Source: Octopus sinensis
Taxonomy: Eukaryota
Direction: 5' to 3'
Length of the DNA: 64,000 bases
NCBI RefSeq assembly: GCF_006345805.1
Contig: NC_043009.1
Span: 58,838,001-58,902,000, forward strand
The position numbers and the translations under genes are program-made. The notes under the pieces were generated by a model, which did no database searches, was not told the origin of the DNA, and was given only the letters and a program-made list of their open reading frames with translations. Below are positions 1-12,893 of the stretch, in pieces; positions within the stretch are counted from its first letter, which is position 1; the number at the start of each line of letters is the position of its first letter.

Positions 1-1190
1 TGTTCACTAAGTTTTTAATCCGCCGCAACCTAGTGTAATAATCCTTTAGATATATTTCATATATTATACCTATATATCTTTCAGTTGCACACTATCTCTG
101 CATTATCTTTAGGCAATACTTGACGTAATATACTACCAAGAGCTTCTTTACATCACAAACATTGCCAGTAATTGTATATGACAAAACATTGCCAACATAT
201 AGGTTTAACAGCATACTCATTACCCTTATATTTTGTACAGTATGTCTTATTGAAATTATATATTCATCCCAGACTCTCTGTATTATGAAACTTGCTCCTC
301 ATTTCAGAATCTTGTTATCTTTGTGTGAAATTCTACTTTGAATTACCAGACAAGAAAACCCTCCAGACAATAGTAAACAGTAATGCTTCTCAAGTCTCTA
401 ACTCAGCTTTCGTTGCTAGGATCTTTAATATGATAGCTATCTACCATTCTGTGAATATCATATCTCTCTCTGTATTTAGGCGTGCTTTGTAAAGCACTTT
501 GTGCTATAATATCTCAACATTTTATCATCACCCTATCGTTTCTGATTCTTTAATCTCTTTCTAATAATTTCGATCTCAGCTGGTTTTGGTTTACCCACTT
601 TCATTGATCAGATTCTTTTCAACTGGGAGAATATTTTCATCATTTTGTGGAATCGGCCTCTTTAACACTGCTTCAAATTATTCTTTTGCATCTATATTTT
701 ATCTGTTCAGTAGATTTCCCCCGTGTATCTCTAATTGGGAGTCCTTTGATTTTCTTGATTGTGCCTCTAATTTCTTTAATTGCTTCAGTGATTGATAGGC
801 TAATCTACTAACCCTCTCTCTTTTTCTCTAGTCATGTGATCTCTCATCTTATCTGCAGCCACATTCAAGTACTTCCTCCTTTCACGCTCACTGAGCTTTC
901 TTATTGCGCTGTTTAATCTGACATATTCTGTTCCTAAAATAGGAATTTTCTTTTTTCTCAACTACTTCCAATTTTACATTCCAATTTTGTTAAATTCATA
1001 TTCTGTATCATGTTTCATATTTCCTTTGTGATTCATTTATTTCCTTAGTTTTTTTCCGATACTTCTGAGAGTTACTTAGGTTGTTTCTTGTAGTCTCTTA
1101 AATGGCATTGTACATCTGACAGACATCCTTCTCCTTTCTCTCTTTATTATTAATGCCTGTACAGCATCACATATATTACTACAGTCACAC
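1..1190 (-). mobile_element. Highly decayed RTE-clade LINE (pre-RT and RT N-terminal region), continuing off the window edge
   Basis: Minus-strand translation across frameshifts and stops gives EYVRLNSAIRK...IKEIRGTIKKIKGLPIRDTRGKSTEQ...FEAVLKRPIP...PAEIEIIRKRLKNQK..GDDK...EW*IAIILKIP. This is colinear with the RTE motifs PIKDKEG...HFEELLNRP...EEIRKAIKxLKNGKAAGPD...DWKEGLIVKLPK. Confidence 0.6.
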
Positions 1191-1215
1191 AAATTCGTCT
1201 TCTTAGGTCGACTGC

Positions 1216-2790
1216 AAACCGGGAAAAAATGCTCAGATGTAATTCGCCCGTCTGTACGTTCTGATTTCAAATCCTACCGAGATCGACTTTGTCTTTCTTC
1301 CTTTCGGGGTTCATAAAATAAATACCCTTTAAACACTGGAGAGTCGATGCAATGTACTTACCCTCTCACTCGGTATTGCTAACATTATGACGAATGTGAC
1401 ACCGACATTGAATTCAAATTTTAGCTCAAAGTCAGCGATTTTGAGGAGGGAGTAAGTCAATTATATCGACATCAATGCTCAACTGTTACTTATTTTATCG
1501 CCCTAGAATTGATGAAAGTCAAAGTCGAAAGGCGGAGCTTGAACATTTATGGACGAAATACTGCTAAGCGTCTGGCGCAGCGTGCTACTGATAATACCAA
1601 AGTGCGCCGTCTTGAATACATTCTGTAATATTAGTTTTAAATTCTTTTGAAGGCGGCGAGCTGGCTGAAACGTTAGCGAAATGCTTAGCGGTATTTCGTC
1701 TGTCTTTACGTTGTGATTTCAAATACCGCCGAGGTCGACTTTGCCTTTCATCCTTTCGAGGTCGATAAATTAAATACCAGTTGTGTACTGAGAATCGATC
1801 TAATCGACTGGTTCCCTCACCCAGAATTTCAGTCCTTAGGTCTAGAGCAGAAAAGATCATATGGTGGTTGGGGTATAAAGGCGGCGAGCTGGCATAAACG
1901 CTGGGCGAAATGCTTAGCGCCATTTCGTATGTCCTTACGTTCTGAGTTCAAATTCCGCTGAGGTTGACTTTGCCTTTCATTCTTTCAGGGTCGTTAAATT
2001 AAGTACCAATTGTGTACAAGGGTCGATCTAATCAACTGGCATCTTCCTCAAAAATTTCGCGCCTTGTGCCTAGAGTAGAAAAAAATAGTAGTTCCAAGTT
2101 TTAACACAAACTCAGCTATTTCCGGCGAGGAGACAAGTCGAGACAAGACAGTGCTGAAGTGGTACTTACTTTATCTATCCCAAGTACTTGGAATGTCTGG
2201 CTATGAGTATGAGCAGTTATACGTATGTGTGTTTTTTTGCGTTATGGGTTATGAGTTATGAGTTTGTCATATTTCGGGGAAAAATATTTTTAGAATTTCA
2301 AATCAAATTCACTCGAACAGATGATATCATAAAGAAATACTGGTTTCAAATTTTGGCACAAGGCCAGCAATTTCGGAGAAAGAGGCAAACCAATTATATC
2401 GCCCCAGTGCTCAACAGACACTTATTTTGTCGACCTTGAAAGGATGAAATGCAACGTTGACCTCGGTGGAATTTGAAATCAGAACGTAAAGACGGACGAA
2501 ACATAGCTAAGCATTTTGCCCTTCATACTAACGATTCTGAGATTTCGCCGCCTTGAAAATATTCTGCAATACTGATTTCAAATTTTGGTAGAAGGCCAGC
2601 AGTTTCGAGAGATGGGTTAAGTCCATTACATAGACCCCCACTGCTTAACTGGTACTTATTTTACCAACTCAATAAGGACGAAAAGTAATGTCCAACTCAG
2701 TGGAATTTGAACTGAACTAAGGACGTAACAATGGGCAAAATACAATTAAACCGTTCGTCCAGTGCGCTAAAGATTCTCCAACTTGCCGTC
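1216..2790. mobile_element. Cluster of about 7 copies (both orientations) of a tRNA-derived SINE, family M (Meta-domain-like core)
   Basis: Repeated ggcggcgagctggc..aaacgttagc (A box), gagttcaaattccgccgaggtcgac (B box) and tttgcctttcatcctttcggggtcgataaattaagtaccag. Best copies are 1652-1855 (+), 1879-2085 (+) and 2340-2553 (-). Confidence 0.85.
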
Positions 2791-2859
2791 TTAGATACAT
2801 TCTGTAATACTACAATCTAATACAAAGTTGCCGATTTAGGAGACACAAGATACGTGAAG

Positions 2860-3480
2860 TTTTAGTTGGAGATTTGCACTCGAAACACTGTCGAAAGCTT
2901 TCCGGATGTCTAAAGAAGGTCGTTGTTTTCACATAGATTCGCTCGATATCGAATCCACTTGTGAGTTGCATACGAATGTAAGACTAAAGTGGACCAGGTT
3001 CTGCAGTAGCTGTACCGTAGGAAACTGAAGAAAGGGATGAACTCAAAGTACTGGAGATCCGTTATTGTCATGGTCAATGGTTGTCTTCACTGCTGTAGCG
3101 ATATAAGAGAGCAAAATGAAGCTAGTTGATTGGGTGATAGGGTTTTCATTTCTTCGTAACGGGACACACTGGTGCATAGATATCTCCGTTGATAATAACA
3201 GCTTAGTGAGTACAGTAGCCATAAATGTATTTGCAAGGATACTTCAGTAGTATCATTTCTTTTGGAAAGAACCGAAGGTGTTTTTTCCACCTGTGATTTG
3301 TGGGTTGAAGATACAGGGCCTAATGGTGTGTAATTTGAGGGACAGTCCAAGTGTGTATAGTGTGGAAGTATTTTCCTTGAGACTATTGCTTAAGTCGCTA
3401 TCGTTTTCTAGAAGAGAACATAACATAAGTACATCCACGCTGGAACTCAATGTCTGTTTCAATGCAAGTACCTCTTCGAC
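2860..3480 (-). mobile_element. Decayed non-LTR retrotransposon RT fragment
   Basis: Minus-strand motif LDIRKAFDSV at 2913-2884 (RT subdomain 3). The surrounding frames are disrupted, so the boundaries are approximate. Confidence 0.5.
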
Positions 3481-3737
3481 ACAGACAACACTTAAAAGCG
3501 TTGATTCAACAGAAGAAATTTACAGGACAATCTCAACTACCACCGTGTATGTATTATGTTTATTTGATTGATCTCACGAAAAGGGAAACTCTAGATGTGG
3601 TTGTATCTAAAGGATGAAGGCTGTGGTGATAGCAAACTTCAAAACATACATCTGTGTCGTTGCATAAGCAATAATTCATACAAAAGCACGTATCGTGCTC
3701 GTCCTTCAATCACAAATACATTATAAATCTAAGTACA

Positions 3738-3880
3738 TTATTTCTTTCTTGCAGTTCTGACAAGTTTAAACATAAAATTTTTGATTAACCGTCTATCCAT
3801 AATATATGATGTAATTCTACTGGGTGAGAAATGAATTACAGCTAGCAGCCAAGCTGTCATTAGCATATGACATGACATCC
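3738..3880 (-). pseudogene. Candidate PKD1-like TOP-domain exon remnant
   Basis: MTAWLLAVIHFSPSRITSYIMDRRLIKNFMFKLVRTARK resembles the W...ly...fi.D....vG..RLRQlR stretch of polycystins. Splice sites are unclear. Confidence 0.3.
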
Positions 3881-4009
3881 GCTCAAAATACAGATAATAC
3901 ATATGCATAAACAAACATTTACACATATACACATGTACACGTGTACACACCTACACACACACATATGCATATATGTATATGTATATATATATATATGTAT
4001 ATGTATTTG

Positions 4010-4040
<31 letters not shown>

Positions 4041-4128
4041 ATGCATGTACATACACAAACATGCAGGCATATAAATATATATAAACATATATATAATTAT
4101 ATATATATATATATATCTTATCTATCTG

Positions 4129-4160
<32 letters not shown>

Positions 4161-4507
4161 CAGTTACCCTTAAGAGGGAGGAATTGCCAAATAATGGGTA
4201 CTATATCCCTATATTTTCCCACAATGAACACCCAGAAACAGCCGTTGGTACTCTACTTTAACAAATTTTTAACTATCCCGAATTTTGACTTCGCTCCTCA
4301 TAGTCTCTTTTAGTTCGCTTCCATCTCCACTTCAGACCATCTCCAATATTTTTACCTATACCCGCATGTTTTAACGTTTTTATAAACAATCTACTAATTT
4401 ACTCATATCTATTTTTAGTATATTTATTTATTTATAGATTGTTAAGAAAATGTCTGTGTATTTATATATTTTATTCTATCACGTATATTTATCCTTTAAA
4501 TCCATCT

Positions 4508-4577
4508 CTTATCGAAGTCATGTTTGCGGATCAGCTTTCGGTTCAAGTTTATCTTGAGCGCTTCTAAGTCCAAGCCG
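4508..4577 (-). pseudogene. Candidate PKD1-like exon (start of TOP domain)
   Basis: Acceptor ttctctcacattgtag is in phase 2, matching the upstream exon donor. It encodes GLDLEALKINLNRKLIRKHDFDK. No GT donor is present at the expected end. Confidence 0.4.
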
Positions 4578-4794
4578 CTACAATGTGAGAGAAATTCTAA
4601 GCAATCTTACTCCTCAAAAAAATTATATAATTATACATTTGTATACATATGCATGCAAATTTCTATGTATGTTATAGATTTGTGCATGTATGAATATATG
4701 TGTATTTGGAACACATTTATGTGTGCGTGTGTGTGTGTGTGTGTGTGTTACGAAAACACACATTGTTATTATATTCATCGATGAGATCTTTTAC

Positions 4795-5011
4795 CTTACA
4801 AAGAGTCCTTGGATGCGTACTATCAATAATAACAGGAGAAACATGAGCACTACATTCCGTGCAACATTACCCAGTATATCTCCTATGCGGCTTTCCATTT
4901 TTTTCATTTGCGATTCTTTTTTGTCTTAACATAGTGGCCCAAAAGATTCCCGAGGTGTTAAGACTTTCGAAGAACCTCTAAAACTGATACTCTCTTGATG
5001 TTCTTCAATTA
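4795..5011 (-). pseudogene. Candidate PKD1-like exon encoding TM6, with one in-frame stop
   Basis: Strong pyrimidine tract plus AG acceptor (5013-5012) and AG|GTAAAA donor (4794). The frame reads IEEHQESISFRGSSKVLTPRESFGPLC*DKKESQMKKMESRIGDILGNVARNVVLMFLLLLLIVRIQGLFV, with TAA at 4928-4926. Confidence 0.5.
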
Positions 5012-5098
5012 CTTGAAAGTGACAGTGAGAGGAAAAAAATTAAAGAAAGAAGCGAATTAGAGAGGGAGCCTGTTTAGAGAGATAGAACACGTAGAAAC

Positions 5099-5400
5099 GG
5101 AGGCGCAATGGCCCAGTTGTTAGGGCAGCGCACTCGCGGTCGGGGGATCGCGGTTTCGATTCCCAGACCGGGCGTTGTGTGTGTTTATTGAGCGAAAACG
5201 CCTAAAAGCTCCACGAGGCTCCGGCAGGGGTTGGTGGCGAACCCTGTTGTACTCTTTCGCCCCAACTTTCTGTCACTTTCTTCCTGTTCTTCATTAACGC
5301 TGCGATGGACTGGCGTCCCGTCCAACTGGCGGGGAGCGCATTGGCCATAGAAACCGGCAAACCGGGCCCATGAGCCTGGCTAGGCTTAAAAAGGGCGTAT
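5099..5400 (+). mobile_element. tRNA-derived SINE, head A + tail T1
   Basis: Head ggaggcgcaatggcccagttgttagggcagc (A box) and ggtttcgattcccagacc (B box). Tail gctgcgatggactggcgtcccgtcc...aaaagggcg is shared with 24092 and 51172. Confidence 0.85.
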
Positions 5401-5777
5401 AAATAAAAAAAAAACACGTAGAAATAGGATAATGCCTGAGATAGTGGTAGACAGTTATTTTTTGACATACAGGCATAAACATAAAGTACCATTGTAAATG
5501 TAAGGTGTCGCTGTAAAGTTCCATTGCAAATAACAAAAATGCAATAGTTTTGCATTGGCTTACTGCACGCCATGAGATAACCTATTGTCCTTTGGAACAC
5601 CGGTATATCAGAAACGATACTTTGCTGCAATGTACGTTATCATTTAGCTGAATATTTACATAACATAATTCTGCTATGATAAAAGCTGAACTGCAGTTAA
5701 TTTACAAAATTGTCAGTCCTACATTTCAAGATAATGCTACGTTCACGTATACAACGACGTAGATACATGCATATATA

Positions 5778-5863
<86 letters not shown>

Positions 5864-5941
5864 TATGTGCATGTATGTATGTAGGTGTTATGAGTGTGTA
5901 CATATATATATATATATACATATACGTATCTGTGAGTGTGT

Positions 5942-5983
<42 letters not shown>

Positions 5984-6374
5984 TATATATATATATATGC
6001 ACACACGAATATATGTGTGTACATATGTAAATGTTGCTAAATATATATGTATATATATATAATGAGAGAGAGAGACAGATATACAAACACACTCACATTC
6101 ACACACCAATATATATATGTTTATGTAGGTATATATACGCCCACATACTATTATATATTTGCAAATGTGTGTGTATCTTGTGTGGAAGTGTAGAACAGCA
6201 CATTTTTACCGAGAATTTCTTATAGTCGTTTTTATGTTAAATTACTCGAAATGTAATTGAATAGAATTTAATCCTATCCCAATAATAAAGACCGTTATTG
6301 TGCAAGAAGCTGAAGGCTTAAGATATCTCTCCTTAACATCCACGCTTAGTAGCAAGAAGACGGCTGCCCATCGC

Positions 6375-6650
6375 TTACATCATTTGAATAATAGTTACAA
6401 AACACGAAGAACCTAACACAAAATATACTAGACACTTGAGAATACCATGAACAAAACACAACACTAAAATATGGCAGACTAAGAAAATTTTATTCGAAAC
6501 CATCAAAGAGAAAATACTAAAATATTTTGAACACTTGATTAGAGAAAATAGTTTACAAAGACTGTTAATAGATGTGAAAATGTATGGGTATGGAGGAAGG
6601 TTATAGCGAAGAAGTATGTGGGTAGATAACGTCAAGAATTTTGCAGACAC
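6375..6650 (-). pseudogene. Hydrophobic ORF, candidate PKD1-like TM4-TM5 remnant
   Basis: YNLPPYPYIFTSINSLCKLFSLIKCSKYFSIFSLMVSNKIFLVCHILVLCFVHGILKCLVYF matches the LP...F...S.kwl.....P.Kv pattern and lies upstream of the TM6 exon. Confidence 0.3.
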
Positions 6651-6820
6651 AACTCACCGTATAGTGCAACACAAGAAAGGGAAAATGGGTGTCTGTGGTA
6701 TTTTATCTGCAAAGAGAGAATGGAACTTGATAATGAAATTGATTTAATGGAATGGAATTAATGAAATAGTCTCCGTCTTTGCATCTAAACAATCATAAAC
6801 AACAAACAGAATGCATCAAT

Positions 6821-6896
<76 letters not shown>

Positions 6897-6948
6897 ATAT
6901 ATAATATATATATATATGTATGTATGTATATATATATATGTATGTATG

Positions 6949-6990
<42 letters not shown>

Positions 6991-7418
6991 AACACACAAA
7001 CACACACATGTATATAACAATAATAATAATAATAATCCATGGATGGAATTTTTAAAATATTTTAATGCATCCCTACGCGCGTTTCCATATATTGCCTATA
7101 TCATATTTCATATTCCACATATTGCATGTTTCTTACGATCATAGATTGTTTTACCTATGATGATTAAAATAAATTCCGTAGTATCCATGGATATCGGGTG
7201 GATCATAGATCGTATGTTCTTTTCCTCAGGTTTTAAGTATAATTTAAAGTTAAATAGGTATTATTAGCATTATTATTATTAATAATAATAATCATAATAA
7301 TAAAGCGGCTAGCAAGTTATAAACGAAATTCAATAGCATGCTAAAATACCACTTGCTATAGACGTAGCCATCACTCTGAAACCATATTATTATTATTATT
7401 AACATTGGTGATAATACA

Positions 7419-7830
7419 TGTGGTAAGTAGCTTGCTAACCAACAACATGGTTCCGGGTTCAGTCCCACTGCGTGGCATCTTGGGCAAGTGTCTTCTGCTA
7501 TAGCCCCGGGCCGACCAATGCCTTGTGAGTGGATTTGGTAGACGGAAACTGAAAGAAGCCTGTCGTATATATGTATATATATATATATGCATAGGTGTGT
7601 GTGTGTGTGTGTATGTTTGTGTGTCTGTGTTTGTCCCCCTAGCATTGCTTGACAACCGATGCTGGTGTGTTTATGTCCCCGTCACTTAGCGGTTCGGGAA
7701 AATAGAGCGATAGAATAAGTACTAGGTTTACAAACAATAAGTCCCGGTGTCGATTTGCTCGACTAAAGGCGGTGCTCCAGCATAGCCGCAGTCAAATGAC
7801 TGAAACAAGTAAAAGAGTAAAAAGAGAGAG
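7419..7830 (+). mobile_element. Long tRNA-derived SINE with internal (TA)/(TG) microsatellite, family C
   Basis: ggttccgggttcagtcccactgcgtggcatcttgggcaagtgtctt (B box plus CORE-like), internal microsatellite, and tail ...gcagtcaaatgactgaaacaagtaaaagag. Near-identical to 20919 and 59946. Confidence 0.9.
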
Positions 7831-8160
7831 TAATTTAACTTCAAATTATACTTGCTCACGGTAGGTTCGTTTTGAATATCAGAGGGATATTCATATTTAA
7901 GAACGCAGACGGCGTAATGAGATGAATATTTCGGAAGTATTTGTTGTAGCGTTAAGTCTGGCTGAGAAGCTAAGTATTATTTTTCATTCCTTACTTCTGT
8001 CGTTCATAAAAGGTAATTTGTGTATTTTAATAGTGAGTAATTTCTGATTTTGAAATTTGTTTATATTTTACTTATAAAGGCGTAAACTCAACGGCCACTT
8101 TATTATTATCATTAATACTATTATTAATGGTAATGATACTTATTTAACCTTAAATTATAG

Positions 8161-8191
<31 letters not shown>

Positions 8192-8210
8192 ACACACACA
8201 CATATATATA

Positions 8211-8254
<44 letters not shown>

Positions 8255-8258
<4 letters not shown>

Positions 8259-8441
8259 CGCTGTCTGCCGGCTGGTGGCGTTGAGTAGTCATCCCTGCGG
8301 AGCTCAGAGCCATGGACCACAAGCCCATGGACCCTAAGTAAGGCATGTGTAAAATTTGAATGAAATTGGTTGTGTAGTTCTCGAGTTTTAGGGATTCACG
8401 CAGACAAACAGACACGCATTCTCAGTTTTATATATATAGAT
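8255..8441 (-). mobile_element. Non-autonomous Helitron 5'-end fragment
   Basis: Ends on + with ...cagacaaacagacac...ttttatatatatagat, which is ATCTATATATATAAAA on the minus strand, the same terminus type as the full Helitrons in this window. Confidence 0.5.
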
Positions 8442-8589
8442 ATATATGTATGTATTATGTATGTATGTATGTATATATGTATGCATATATACAAATTTGA
8501 ATGTTTGTGTGTGTCTACAAAAAGTTAAACAAAACACAGAGAGACGTTGAAATGTATTCATACACACATCTACTCATTTATATATATAC

Positions 8590-8768
8590 AGGTAGAGTTT
8601 ACGAAAAAAACAAAAGACGAAGACAGGTGGTGTAGACGACAAACAGATGTATTAGTATAAATCTCGGGAAGTGAAAGCGTCTTTAATGTTTTGAGCCTAT
8701 GCTCTTCTACAGAAAACGACACAGAAAAAAGAAGAGAAAATGTGTGTCGTGGCTAACGATCTATGATG

Positions 8769-8770
<2 letters not shown>
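8590..8770 (-). mobile_element. Short repeat (family H4) with degenerate hammerhead-like motif
   Basis: Reverse complement of the 22735 and 45415 repeat: ttttctgtagaagagcataggctcaaaacattaaag. Flanked by (TA)n. Confidence 0.7.
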
Positions 8771-8816
<46 letters not shown>

Positions 8817-9008
8817 CGCTATGGGCTCCGTGTGAGCAGTCATCTAAAAGTTTTTTGTGCATCTTGATGTTGACATAAGTTCCTTGCTTTTTCCTGATGA
8901 GAAAGCGGCATAATATACTCCTTATTCCTTCGCAATTAGGAATATGCAGCCTTCGAAACATATGTCGAAAATAAAGGAATTTTGTTAATTCGTCGTTCAA
9001 CTCCATTC

Positions 9009-9045
<37 letters not shown>

Positions 9046-9046
<1 letters not shown>

Positions 9047-9434
9047 TAGCAGTATCATCCGGTGTTGCTTGGGTTTATTTTGACCCTTTAGAATTGGAAT
9101 TTTTGAAAAGTAAAAATACAGCATTATGCAACTTGTTATTCTCTTCAAGTGAACATTTTTCCAGTTGAAATACACCGAAAATGGTGACACAGCAGTCAAA
9201 AATCGTAAAAAATAGGGATTTTCATAGAAAAAAATGCACCTTTTTGATGTAAATAATTTTTGGTGTTAACATGGTCCGATTTGAATTTTATCTTCTACAG
9301 AATAAAGAGGAAGACTTCTTCTATCATACTCTCAATTTTGGTTAACTTGTGATGCAGGGTCTCGAAGGAGATAGTGTTAGTCGAAGGCTACCAAACCTGC
9401 CACACACAGACAACTTCAGCTTTATATACAGAGA
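9046..9434 (-). mobile_element. Non-autonomous Helitron
   Basis: Minus strand reads A|TC...CTAG|T with a subterminal imperfect hairpin cccaagcaacaccgga. The 3' end is shared with the 34937, 43789 and 49330 elements. Confidence 0.8.
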
Positions 9435-9469
9435 TTTGCTACACACTACTTTCCATCCTTAATAATGAA

Positions 9470-10137
9470 ACTTGGTAGATCCAAAATTTTAACACACAGA
9501 CACACACAGATACACACACAGACACACATGTTGAGTCTTATATATATATAGATTTCTCAACGGGGATTTCAGGGGAGAGTTTCAGGGAGTCGCTGGCGAT
9601 GTATCGTGATGATCAAAAATCTGGCCTGCTAAAATTTGGTTAAAGTGATTCAAACTGCAGACTCAACGCAAAATGGTCACATTTAATTCAAAGCGTTAAA
9701 AATGTTTTGAAAACAATTGGTATGTGTTTACAAAGTCCAAACGATTAATACGAAAAAACCCTCCAGGCTACATCCCGAAAATTCATTTCTTTGCCGAATT
9801 TCTACAACGTTTACGGCGATTCGTTTTTATATCTTGATTTTTTCTTTATTTTTCATGCAATGTAGGCATGCTTGCATGCGTGGTGAACACAGTTCACGTC
9901 AAACAGCTGACTGAGTAAAGTTCACTATTCAATGCATGGGATAAGGCCTAAACAAACACATTATCGATTTTTGCACTTGCGAGGTGAATTTCGGAACAGA
10001 AATAGCGCAGTTCAATTTTCATTCGCCTAAACTTTAAGTGACCCATTTTTTTGTGGTTCTACGATTTGTTGGCTAGGAGGAGATGTGCCGGAAAGTTAAA
10101 CACACAGACACACAAGTTCAGTTCTATCTATATAGAT
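9470..10137 (-). mobile_element. Two further Helitron-like 5'-end fragments in tandem
   Basis: cacacagacacac..ttatatatatatagat (to 9553) and cacacagacacacaagttcagttctatctatatagat (to 10137). Confidence 0.5.
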
Positions 10138-10273
10138 GATACCTGGACGTAATTAATTTCATTCCTGACTTTCTTGGGAATGTTCTGAGACTGAAAATAT
10201 ATGTAGAGGAGATCATTCAAATAAATTTGCTAAGTATGTATGTGTTTACCCCTCTCTTTCATTCTCTCCCTCT

Positions 10274-10339
<66 letters not shown>

Positions 10340-10533
10340 GCACACACACACATGCATATATAAAATGCTTGCTTCATGTTCTTAAGCTTTGTAATATATG
10401 AAAAGAGCCAAGTGTTAATAAACAGCTCACTCAATACATTTAAACTGAATATTGCATTTTAAATGGAATACGTCTGCTAATGGAAAAAATTGAGAAATAT
10501 TAAGAATAGCGCTATTCATTAAAATACTGGGAA

Positions 10534-10719
10534 CTACAGAACAATTAGGCCGAAAGGAAAAAAATGATTGCTAAAACTGAAAAAAGGAAACGCTATAAGA
10601 AATTCTATTACGTGTGCAATATAGAAACTGGAGGGAAAGAATGTGGAATATATACAGAACACATTTTTTATCGCTAGATAAATACTGCAAATAAAATCTA
10701 AACAACGTGGTAAAGACAA
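10534..10719 (-). pseudogene. Candidate PKD1-like TM4-TM5 remnant
   Basis: LPRCLDFICSIYLAIKNVFCIYSTFFPSSFYIAHVIEFLIAFPFFSFSNHFF resembles LPwwC.yiaw.l......s.fft..y...f......wL.sf.fS. Confidence 0.4.
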
Positions 10720-11587
10720 CGAAATATATAGGAATTTCAGCGTTTATATTAGCAAGTCGACATTAGTCATGCATATTTTAATTAAATGAGGATATTAGAA
10801 ATATTGAGAAATTCGAAACTTCACTACTTGTTAGGATGTGAATTTGGTTTAGTAAAACTCATTTTTTTCTTCTTATTTTATTTATTTATTTTTTTGCACT
10901 AGATTTTTAACAATTGTGTTATTGGATTCACGGCTCCAAACGTAATTTGACAATTTCGCGGCTGAAAGTGTAAAATGTTTGATAAAATCGCGTTTTGAAG
11001 GAATATGGTGTTAATCTAATTTAATGTATTATTCTGGAAATTCATTTTAATTTAACACCAGTAATAAACTTTTACAAGCTCTGCTGTCCTATTGTTCTCG
11101 TTATGTATTTCTTTGAATTTACATCAAAATTCAATACGTAGGAAGAGTTAGCAAGCGCGTTTTTGATGTGCTTGCTAATTATTCCTATCTGCTTTGCTTT
11201 TGTTGATTAACATCCATTTGGTGTTTGAGGAGAAGTTGGACTTGTAGACCTTGAGGATAAAGTAAGTTGTACACACTATGACGGTCCACTCTCCTTTCTA
11301 CTTTAGTTGGCAAACTAGTGATTTTAATTCTGAGTCTATTGTGGAATATAATGTACAGTTGTATCATATTTTTGTTTTAATGATGTTGCTTTTCAATTGT
11401 GTACGATGTATGACGATATTTCATTTTTATATATTCCATAAAACTCAAGATGTACAGCTTGAAAAAGTCATAGCTGCATCGTACGAAGAGCAGTTTTGGA
11501 AAAAACTTTCAAGAGACGTTTTAATAATTTCACTTATCTATTTACAATAAGTTTACAATTGTCAAATTTCTAGAGTGAACCCTTGAC

Positions 11588-11944
11588 TTACGTAACATAA
11601 ATATTTACAGTAAGTAAAAAGTGAAAACTATAATACTTACTCCCAATAATAATAAGAATTTCCGCTGCCATTGAAAGCGGCTTTCCTGATCTATACTCAA
11701 CTAAGGTCAACATACAAATCAGTATTGTTATAAAAATAGAAGCTAGAAGCAGTTTCCTTGAGAAGCTAGTGACTCGTGCCCTAGTGAAGATCCTCCACCA
11801 ACATACAACAATCATACATCTATAATACAAAATTGTAATGATAATATTTCTTCGCAAATTACTTATTGAAACAGAATTGCTGAATTCAGTGCAATAATAT
11901 ACTTGCGGATACATTACATAAACAAAATACCACTTTGAGCACAC
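11588..11944 (-). pseudogene. PKD1-like PLAT end plus TM2-TM3 remnant
   Basis: KWYF-x41-WWRIFTRARVTSFSRKLLLASIFITILICMLTLVEYRSGKPLSMAAEILIIIG, compared with family pattern KWYF...HLW.SIF.R...S.FTR.QRL.cc...l...M......i.IG. Confidence 0.55.
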
Positions 11945-12606
11945 AATCTGTTGTTATAGTTGAAAGTAACATCTTGATTGTCATATATTTCTGTGGTGGG
12001 CCCGGGAAAGTAGATCTAATAGGACTGCAATGAATAAATTAAATGAATTAACGGTGTTTTTTCTCATTTAAATATCTTACTAGAATATCATCTTCATTTA
12101 AGGATACGTGTGTAGGGTGGAACACCGGACGGACAGTGAAACATGGATCAGATTACAATTAGGTTATATTATCAAATTTAGACAGAACTTTGAAGATTTT
12201 GCTAAACTTTAACGGAAGAAATATTTTCCTTATATGATATGAGAAAAAATATTTCCTTTATATTGCAAAATATTTACACAAATTAGTGATAAAATTTCCA
12301 CTTTATAAATTTCAATTTTAAGCAGGAAATTCATGCTGATGACTTTCATCAAAATATAGAATATATGTTGAGATTTTTGACATTTCCCGTTTTGTCAATA
12401 AAGCGAGGGTCGAATCGTAGCTGCAAGTGCATATTAAGACCAGTAAAATCATAAAATTGCTTATAACAGCAATGTAAGTATGAATAATTTACCTACATAT
12501 TTGTGCTAGAACCATGGATCTATGCTGAAGAACATATAGATTTTATTCACAACGACACAATCCCTGCGCACACTCGTGTATGCACACACATTCATGAATA
12601 CATATA

Positions 12607-12637
<31 letters not shown>

Positions 12638-12854
12638 CCACATATGTGTATACATACATCTATATACACACAAGCACATGTATTTACGTACATAAATATA
12701 TATACATACATATGTGTGTATATATATAAATATATTTGTACATATATATACATGTATATATACATATACAGACATATATATGTGTACATATATACCTGTA
12801 TATATATATATATATATATATACATACATACATATATATGTGTACATATATACT

Positions 12855-12893
<39 letters not shown>

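Larger units (their letters stand above)
3738..12431 (-). pseudogene. Decayed polycystin-1-like (PKD1L/REJ family) gene, GPS to TOP domain region
   Basis: Colinear remnants on the minus strand: GPS-like CTCSYDSTLALL (from 12431), PLAT-end KWYF, WWRIFTRARVTSFSR plus two hydrophobic segments, LPxC-type TM4/5 segments, KKME..IGDIL...VVLMFLLLLLIV (TM6), D..A..INLN....F.K and W....YIMD..KLVR (TOP). Stops and frameshifts are present. Confidence 0.5.

Noticed and set aside
5099-5172. tRNA-like sequences with A and B boxes (also 24092, 27894)
   Set aside because: They continue into SINE bodies and have imperfect cloverleaves, so they are SINE heads and not tRNA genes.
3738-11820. Initial reading of the hydrophobic minus-strand fragments as GPCR TM5-TM7
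   Set aside because: No NPxxY or other class A motifs are present, and the polycystin interpretation explains more fragments in the correct order.
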